Source: a bacterium (GTDB lineage Bacteria > Electryoneota > Tariuqbacteria > Tariuqbacterales > JADHWD01). Taken from it: a stretch of DNA of 12,237 bases. The DNA lies in contig JADHWD010000082.1 of NCBI GenBank assembly GCA_016783645.1, positions 1 through 12,237 of the forward strand. Direction: 5' to 3'. The notes below the pieces were generated by a model that was not told the DNA's origin, did not search any database, and saw only the letters and a list, made by a program, of their open reading frames with translations. A program made the translations under genes and the position numbers. Position 1 is the first letter of the stretch, and each line of letters opens with the position of its first letter. Below are positions 1 through 5,068 of the stretch, one piece after another.

Positions 1-60
1 TCGCCTTGCCGGAAATCCGCAAGGTGGGGGAAAAACCGATCCGCTGGACTCTATCTGAAA

Positions 61-100
61 GCATAGGTTCAATTTAAAATTTAAAATTAAGAATTTAAAA
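61..100. repeat. AT-rich tandem of ~8-bp aatttaaa units
   Basis: aatttaaaatttaaaattaagaatttaaaattatc. Preceded by a GC hairpin at 4-24 (ccttgccgg aaat ccgcaagg). Confidence 0.5.
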
Positions 101-140
101 TTATCATATTAAACATGGATACACAGGATATTCAGGATAT

Positions 141-218
141 TAGGGGGCTGACACATAGGTCTTCCCCTACATCTCAGATTATTCGGTTTTCTGTAGGGGC
201 GAACCCATGTGTTCGCCC
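141..218. repeat. REP doublet: degenerate REP-A (141-170, tagggggctgacacataggtcttcccctac) plus REP-B (193-218, GTAGGGGCGAACccatgtGTTCGCCC)
   Basis: Palindromes seen directly; the same units recur at 509-576, 851-921 and 1582-1652. Confidence 0.8.
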
Positions 219-273
219 TGTTGAATATTTTTCAATATATAATATTTATCACGATTATGGTGTAATTTTAACA

Positions 274-300
274 AGGGCATACACTTTGGTCTGCCCCTAC
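274..300. repeat. Degenerate REP-A half copy (agggcatacactttggtctgcccctac) overlapping the RAYT stop codon
   Basis: Right arm gtctgcccctac is intact, left arm is decayed. The RAYT TAG stop lies inside cccCTAc. Confidence 0.6.
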
Positions 301-842
301 AATAATGGATTTTCAGGATCTTTATACCAATTTATAGGATTATTAATAATGTATTCTCTTATTTTGTATAATTCGCTTTTATTTCGAACAATATGTTCAT
401 AGTAATTACGCTGCCATATTTTTCCTTGAAATGGCGGCCAATTGTTCATTTTAACATTCCTAATATATTCGTTCGTCGTCATAGTTTTAAACCACTGAAT
501 TACCTTATGTAGGGGCGAACCCATGTGTTCGCCCTCTTTCGTTTTATTAGGACAGACACATAGGTCTGCCCCTGCAATAACGATTATTCCATGAATATGA
601 TTTGGCATTAATATAAATTCATCATGTTCCATATTGGGGAATTTCTCAGAAATCTTAATCCACCATTTTTCCACCATCTCACTTATTGGAGTGTAATTAT
701 TTTCACCGCCGGATATCTCGCAAAGTATACATTCACGATTATTAGTGCAAATAGTGACAAAATATGCGCCAGGTTGGGAATAATCGTAATTATTCAGTCT
801 TAAGGACTTTCTGCGAGGTATATCAAGTTGATATTTCATCAT
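297..842 (-). CDS. REP-associated tyrosine transposase (RAYT / TnpA_REP, IS200-like HuH Y1 transposase)
   Basis: Motifs in the ORF-track translation: GAYFVTICT (IS200-like N-terminal strand), HuH motif LMPNHIHGII, and the RAYT signature WQRNYYEHIVRN followed by EYIINNP. Flanked on both sides by GTAG-headed palindromes. The ORF-track start at 863 is a GTG inside a REP; ATG ATG at 842/839 is the more likely start and has no SD. Confidence 0.8.
   Translation of the reverse strand: MMKYQLDIPRRKSLRLNNYDYSQPGAYFVTICTNNRECILCEISGGENNYTPISEMVEKWWIKISEKFPNMEHDEFILMPNHIHGIIVIAGADLCVCPNKTKEGEHMGSPLHKVIQWFKTMTTNEYIRNVKMNNWPPFQGKIWQRNYYEHIVRNKSELYKIREYIINNPINWYKDPENPLL
509..576. repeat. REP-B plus REP-A doublet located INSIDE the RAYT coding sequence, reading frame preserved
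   Basis: 509-534 GTAGGGGCGAACCCATGTGTTCGCCC and 548-576 taggacagacacataggtctgcccctgca. The RAYT ORF runs through them as the peptide ...IAGADLCVCPNKTKEGEHMGSPL... between the HuH and WQRNYYEH motifs. Confidence 0.75.
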
Positions 843-850
843 TATATATA

Positions 851-921
851 TAGGGGCAGACACATAGGTCTGCCCCTACAAATGATTATCACCTTGTAGG
901 GGCGAACCCATGTGTTCGCCC
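851..921. repeat. BIME: REP-A (851-879, perfect 29-bp palindrome TAGGGGCAGACacataGGTCTGCCCCTAC) - 16-bp spacer - REP-B (896-921)
   Basis: Seen directly. Positions 858-921 are identical over 64 bp to 1589-1652. Confidence 0.85.
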
Positions 922-929
922 GGATTACT

Positions 930-1520
930 TTAAAATTTAAAGCCTACTTGGATTCCTTGCTTTGAAATATCCGGTGCTATATAAAAACCATATTGGTCCA
1001 TATATTTTGATTTTTTCACCGAAGATACGGCAAAATATGTGAAAAAAAATGTTTGGATAGTCCCTGATATTATCAACAATTCTTTTCCACCACTTAGGTA
1101 ATCCTTTTCCGGATCTTTCTCGACTCTCAACATAGTTATAAATGGACCTAAAACCGGAATAACAGTGGTCTCTAACATTTCATCACCCATTGCTGCTGCG
1201 CCAAATATTGTTAATCCCCAGCTACTTAAAAATCCAATCTTGCCAATATTAATGTTAGTATCAAAACTGGATAATGATTTTCTTTGAATTTCTGATTTTT
1301 TTATCAATAAAACCTCGCTCATCTGAAATACAAAAAGATTTCCGTCTCGTGTCTCAATTTTTAACAAACTGTCAGGGTACAACTCTGTTATTGTACCTTT
1401 AATTATACTGCCATTCTTAAGATGGACTTCATCGATTTTTATTGCCTGTGAATAAACCGATGAAAAATTTGCCACAAATATCAAAATGGCAATTACGATG
1501 AAAGCGATAGACCTGAACAT
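930..1520 (-). CDS. hypothetical membrane/secreted protein (~196 aa) with N-terminal signal/anchor and internal hydrophobic segments
   Basis: ORF 930..1526. The ORF-track start is GTG; ATG at 1520 is preceded by AGGAG (taAGGAGtgattATG). N-terminus MFRSIAFIVIAILIFVANFSSVYSQ, a soluble region, then hydrophobic stretches IGFLSSWGLTIFGAAAMG and LLIISGTIQTFFFTYFAV. No recognisable family. Confidence 0.6.
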   Translation of the reverse strand: MFRSIAFIVIAILIFVANFSSVYSQAIKIDEVHLKNGSIIKGTITELYPDSLLKIETRDGNLFVFQMSEVLLIKKSEIQRKSLSSFDTNINIGKIGFLSSWGLTIFGAAAMGDEMLETTVIPVLGPFITMLRVEKDPEKDYLSGGKELLIISGTIQTFFFTYFAVSSVKKSKYMDQYGFYIAPDISKQGIQVGFKF

Positions 1521-1581
1521 AATCACTCCTTATAATTAAATAACAGTGAAATAGATTTAAAATGTATAAAACTAATCATAA

Positions 1582-1652
1582 GAGGGGTAGACACATAGGT
1601 CTGCCCCTACAAATGATTATCACCTTGTAGGGGCGAACCCATGTGTTCGCCC
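1582..1652. repeat. BIME: REP-A variant (1582-1610) - spacer - REP-B (1627-1652); 64-bp identical copy of 858-921
   Basis: Seen directly. Lies between the 198-aa gene start and the flotillin stop. Confidence 0.85.
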
Positions 1653-1674
1653 AGAGAAATATTATCATACGAAC

Positions 1675-3132
1675 TTATTTCTCTTCCTTCTTCCCCATCT
1701 TTTGGAAGATTTTTTTCAAATCGGCGCCAGTCAGAGCTTCGACCACTTCGGGCAGCTGAGCGAGAATCTTCGCCACCTGTCCGGTCAGTTTAGAAGCGCC
1801 GTCGGCGCCGTCGCCTATCATGATAATTTTGTCAACCTGTGATAACGGTTCGGACACCGCCCTAGCCAACTCCGGCATCTTATCGATCAGCATCTGATAG
1901 ACCGCCGCTTCGTTATAAGCGGAGAAGGATTCAGCTTTCTTTCTCATCACTTCGGCTTCAGCGTCGCCTTGCGCTTTCTTGACTTCCGCGTCTGCCAGTC
2001 CTAACTGGCGGTTATAGGCGATGCGGGATATGCCGCGCTGTTTGGCGACTTCGATTTCCGCCATACCTTCAGATTTGATGGCTTCGGCTTTACCCGCCGC
2101 TTCCAGTTCTTTCCGCATTTTTTCCGCGGCGGCTTCGGTCTCAATCTGATATCTATGGGCGTCAGCTCCTTTCTTGATGGAGGCTTCGAGTTCCTTCTCT
2201 TTGCGCCGGATTTCCGCGTCTTCCAGCTTGATCGCTTCTTCTTTCTCCAGCAGTTTGGTGGTGCATTCCGCCTTTTTCAGTTCTCTTGTCAGTTCAGACC
2301 GTTCCAACTCATAGGCTGAATCGGATTTGGCTTTTTCGCGGTTGACATCGGTTTGATACTGCATCCGCTTCAGTTCATAATCGCGGTTGGCGGCGGCGAT
2401 TTCGGTTTCAGCGATGAATTTCGCCACATCGCCGTCTTTGCGGGCTTGAGCGGCTTTGATAGTGGTCTCCATCGCCGCTTCCGCTTCCGCCACTTCCGCA
2501 TCGCGTTTCACTTCCGCTATGCGGGGTTTGCCTAACGCCTGCAAATAGCCCTGCTTGTCCGACATATCCTTCATAGTGAAAGATATGACTGTCAAGCCCA
2601 TATTAGCGAAATCGCCGGCGGCTTCATCCTTGACCATAGCGTTGAACTTGTCCCGGGTCTTGTAAAGTTCTTCGACAGTCATTCGTCCTAACGCCGCCCG
2701 CATGTAACCTTCCAATATCTGCTCGGAAATCTCCTTGATGCCTTTTTCGCCGGAGGACAGGAACTGTTCGGCGGCTTGGCGGATGGAATAGTCATCACTG
2801 GCAATTTTGACTTGAGAAGTCGCTTCGGCGATGATATGAACGCCTTGAGCGGTAAGCACTTCCGGCGTTTTGATGCTGACAGTATAGACTTCCAAAGGCA
2901 GTATCCTGAAGGTCTCGCGCAGGGGATTGATAAAAGCGCCGCCGCCGACCACATAACGGTAGCCTATTTCTTTAACCGTCCCGTCAGGGTCGGTGACCTT
3001 ATGTTTCTTGCCGCCGGATATTATTAATACCTCGTTGGGCCCCACCTTCTTGTACATGAAGGCGAGGGCTAAATAATACAGCGCCGCAACGGCTGCCGCG
3101 GCGGCTATCAATATGATGATTATGGTGGACAT
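1675..3132 (-). CDS. flotillin / SPFH (band-7) family protein
   Basis: N-terminal TM helix MSTIIIILIAAAAAVAALYYLALAF, an SPFH-like core, then a long Ala/Glu-rich coiled-coil region (AEVKRDAEVAEAEAAMETTIKAAQARKD... EAEVMRKKAESFSAYNEAA) typical of bacterial flotillins. Start AGAGGAGcaaaATG at 3132. Confidence 0.85.
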   Translation of the reverse strand: MSTIIIILIAAAAAVAALYYLALAFMYKKVGPNEVLIISGGKKHKVTDPDGTVKEIGYRYVVGGGAFINPLRETFRILPLEVYTVSIKTPEVLTAQGVHIIAEATSQVKIASDDYSIRQAAEQFLSSGEKGIKEISEQILEGYMRAALGRMTVEELYKTRDKFNAMVKDEAAGDFANMGLTVISFTMKDMSDKQGYLQALGKPRIAEVKRDAEVAEAEAAMETTIKAAQARKDGDVAKFIAETEIAAANRDYELKRMQYQTDVNREKAKSDSAYELERSELTRELKKAECTTKLLEKEEAIKLEDAEIRRKEKELEASIKKGADAHRYQIETEAAAEKMRKELEAAGKAEAIKSEGMAEIEVAKQRGISRIAYNRQLGLADAEVKKAQGDAEAEVMRKKAESFSAYNEAAVYQMLIDKMPELARAVSEPLSQVDKIIMIGDGADGASKLTGQVAKILAQLPEVVEALTGADLKKIFQKMGKKEEK

Positions 3133-3148
3133 TTTGCTCCTCTATAAT

Positions 3149-3177
3149 CCTATACATGAATGTGATGTGTTATTCAA
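3149..3177 (-). promoter_or_regulatory. candidate sigma70-like promoter for flotillin (TTGAAT-17-TATAGG on minus strand)
   Basis: Minus-strand read ttgtcttTTGAATaacacatcacattcatgTATAGGattatagaggagcaaaATG. The -10 is weak; inference only. Confidence 0.2.
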
Positions 3178-3441
3178 AAGACAATCGGGTGGAAATTGTC
3201 CGTTGAAAAAATTTTATTTAAGAAATATACGAAAAATATTTCAGATATTCAAAGAATTTGCGAATTATTTCACGGAATTGTTAGGGGCGGAAAGCTGAGG
3301 ATTAGGGAGTACAGGAGGGCATTACTATTCCGGAAAAATTTACTTAAATAATAGGTTTATAAAAGTTCAATAGTTTGATTATGTTGTATTATAATAAATT
3401 AAACACAATAATCTACAAGTCCTTCAACAAATATCCGCATG

Positions 3442-4527
3442 TCACTTTGATCTATGGTATGCTGGCACGGAAATGATCTTTAAAGCTGTCGGCGGATCAT
3501 AAGATGGTTTATATACATTAACAATATCATGTTTGATGTATGATGGCATTCCGTAAGCGGGATCAGTGGAAATTGCGCTCATCATGCCGCAGGATTTGAT
3601 TTTCCAAAAACTTACATCACCGGAGTTCCAGCGTAAAAGATTATCCGGATATTCATTGTAGACCGCTCGCATAGCCTCACCGATATTGCTCCAGGTTTCA
3701 TCTATCAAATCATTAGGTATGAAATAATCTTCATCCTCCGACCAATCCCGGTTTATCGCCCAATTGTATTCATCGGACATGTAATAGTCCTTGAGGAACA
3801 GATCATGGTAGCCAAGCCATTCGATGCGCATATACATCATCTTACAATAGGGCCATTCAATGCCATTGGAGAATAATTCAGATAAGTCCACAAAATTATA
3901 GACTCCCGGAGCACCTACATCAACCGGATAGACAAATACTTCATCCTCAAAAATATTATCGGTGGAATGGAGAAATACTTTCATAATTGGATCTGTTTCT
4001 TCGCCCACCAGATTATATCCCATATTGAAAACCAGATGAAGATCCACCGGTTGTCCAGTCAAGCTGGTCGAACCGTATCCGAAAATATAATGCTCCTGAA
4101 CTATTTCTCCTTCATCATGCACTCCCGCCAACGCATAACGGCAATAGCCCCATGGCTCATAATCGCCAATATAACCAGTCCCGACCGGACCAAGATATGT
4201 ATTCCAGAAAAATTGATTGAATTGCTGTCCGTCGACATAGTTGCCAAGGTTCACGCCGTTTGGGCCCTCTTCCAAATTGTTATACAGAGTCTGCAATGCG
4301 TCGAAGCCCGAATTTCTAAAATTGTCGTAATGTTGCTCCCAAGCAAAATTACAGTAGGCGGCGTTTAAGCCCAGACTGTCCATTTCCGGGAATTCATCAA
4401 TCGGAAAACTCAATACCGCTTTGTGAATTTCGCCTTCCTCTAAAGCGAAGCATAAAGATAAAACCGCCAGGGTGGAAACTAACGCCTTCAACATGGTGAA
4501 GACCCAAGATGATTTTGTTGTAAGCAT
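3442..4527 (-). CDS. hypothetical secreted protein, acidic and aromatic-rich (W/Y/F), 4 Cys in the mature part; no recognisable family
   Basis: ORF 3442..4539. ATG at 4527 is preceded by GGAGG with a 5-nt spacer (tATGGAGGcagaaATG). Signal-peptide-like N-terminus MLTTKSSWVFTMLKALVSTLAVLSLCFA. No lipobox and no T9SS C-terminal domain. Confidence 0.6.
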   Translation of the reverse strand: MLTTKSSWVFTMLKALVSTLAVLSLCFALEEGEIHKAVLSFPIDEFPEMDSLGLNAAYCNFAWEQHYDNFRNSGFDALQTLYNNLEEGPNGVNLGNYVDGQQFNQFFWNTYLGPVGTGYIGDYEPWGYCRYALAGVHDEGEIVQEHYIFGYGSTSLTGQPVDLHLVFNMGYNLVGEETDPIMKVFLHSTDNIFEDEVFVYPVDVGAPGVYNFVDLSELFSNGIEWPYCKMMYMRIEWLGYHDLFLKDYYMSDEYNWAINRDWSEDEDYFIPNDLIDETWSNIGEAMRAVYNEYPDNLLRWNSGDVSFWKIKSCGMMSAISTDPAYGMPSYIKHDIVNVYKPSYDPPTALKIISVPAYHRSK

Positions 4528-4640
4528 TTCTGCCTCCATAAGAATAAGTTAATAGATATTTGGTAGTAAAATATTCACTGGCTATTTTGGCTATTATGGC
4601 TATAAAATTCAAAACTCGAAATCCGAAACGCAATTAACCA

Positions 4641-4680
4641 CGAATAAACACGAATGTTCTCGAATATGCACGAAAAAGAA
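4641..4680 (+). repeat. Four 10-bp phased repeats, CGAAnnnnnn x 4
   Basis: cgaataaaca cgaatgttct cgaatatgca cgaaaaagaa. Two more CGAA are at 4617 and 4624. The array runs straight into unit U2. Confidence 0.6.
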
Positions 4681-4761
4681 TTCACAAGCTATTAAAGCTA
4701 TGAAAGCTAAGAAATCCGAAATTCGACACAATGATTTAACCCGGATATACAGGATTAAATC

Positions 4762-4793
4762 AAGGCAAAAGTAAAAAGTCAAAAGGCAAAAGT
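4762..4793 (+). repeat. Direct repeat AAGGCAAAAGT x 2 (21-bp period), with AAAAGT x 3
   Basis: aaggcaaaagtaaaaagtcaaaaggcaaaagtg, seen directly. Confidence 0.6.
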
Positions 4794-5068
4794 GAAACAT
4801 TCACAGCAGATGAAGCAGATTAAGCAGATAATATTCACTGGTAATAATGGTAATTATGGTAATAATAGCTTTAATTGCTTTAATAGCTTGTGAATATTTA
4901 TCACCATTATCACCATCATCACCAGTGAATCTCTTCATCGTTTAATTCGTTGTGAATCTTTTTCCGCGTTCCGAGCTAAATAGCGATAATAGCCATAATA
5001 GCCAGTGAATCTCTTTCATACTTTTTTCATTCATTATTTACTATTCTAAATTCACTATTCTCAATTAT

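Larger units (their letters stand above)
141..921 (-). mobile_element. REPtron: RAYT gene flanked by REP doublets (BIME/REPIN-like)
   Basis: RAYT CDS with REP pairs at 141-218 and 274-300 (3' side) and 851-921 (5' side), all with a GTAGGGGC head. Architecture matches described REPtrons (established knowledge). Confidence 0.6.
4573..5010. repeat. Modular nested inverted-repeat array: eight ~33-bp units, each ATTCAC plus a module-specific 9-mer repeated three times (two in one unit)
   Basis: - Plus-oriented units: U1 4573-4605, U2 4680-4712, U3 4799-4831, U4 4833-4865.
- Minus-oriented units: U5 4866-4895, U6 4898-4930, U7 4931-4957, U8 4978-5010.
- Inverted-repeat pairs: U1/U8, U2/U5, U4/U6; U3 and U7 are unpaired.
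Details are in the findings. Confidence 0.8.

Noticed and set aside
115-402. 95-aa plus-strand ORF
   Set aside because: It reads straight through three REP palindromes (...GLTHRSSPTSQIIRFSVGANPCVRPVEY...), is antisense to the RAYT 3' end, and has no RBS. It is an artefact of the repeats.
141-1652. Possible CRISPR array from recurring GTAGGGGCGAAC... repeats
   Set aside because: The repeats are self-complementary palindromes. They occur in both orientations with irregular spacing, as doublets and singletons scattered across many loci, and include copies inside a gene. There are no uniform spacers and no cas genes. This is REP/BIME behaviour.
2353-3027. Three ORFs (2353-2535+, 2688-2954-, 2776-3027+) inside or antisense to flotillin
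   Set aside because: They are embedded in the flotillin coding sequence. GC-rich Ala/Glu codon runs give open antisense frames. They have no start context and are spurious.
3967-4368. 133-aa plus-strand ORF antisense within the secreted-protein gene
   Set aside because: It lies entirely inside a stronger minus-strand CDS with an SD and signal peptide. No support.
4397-4800. Small minus-strand ORFs (4397-4633, 4609-4800) in the repeat array
   Set aside because: Low-complexity translations from AT-rich tandem repeats. The first overlaps the real gene start out of frame. No RBS.
4573-5010. CRISPR-like or oriC-like reading of the 9-mer tandem array (TTATCACCA resembles the DnaA box TTATNCACA)
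   Set aside because: 9-bp units with no spacers are not CRISPR. The 9-mers mismatch the DnaA consensus at the core positions (TTATCACCA has CACC where the box has CCAC or NCAC), and there is no dnaA/dnaN context. The resemblance to Fur boxes (GATAAT hexamers) also fails because the period is 9, not 6.
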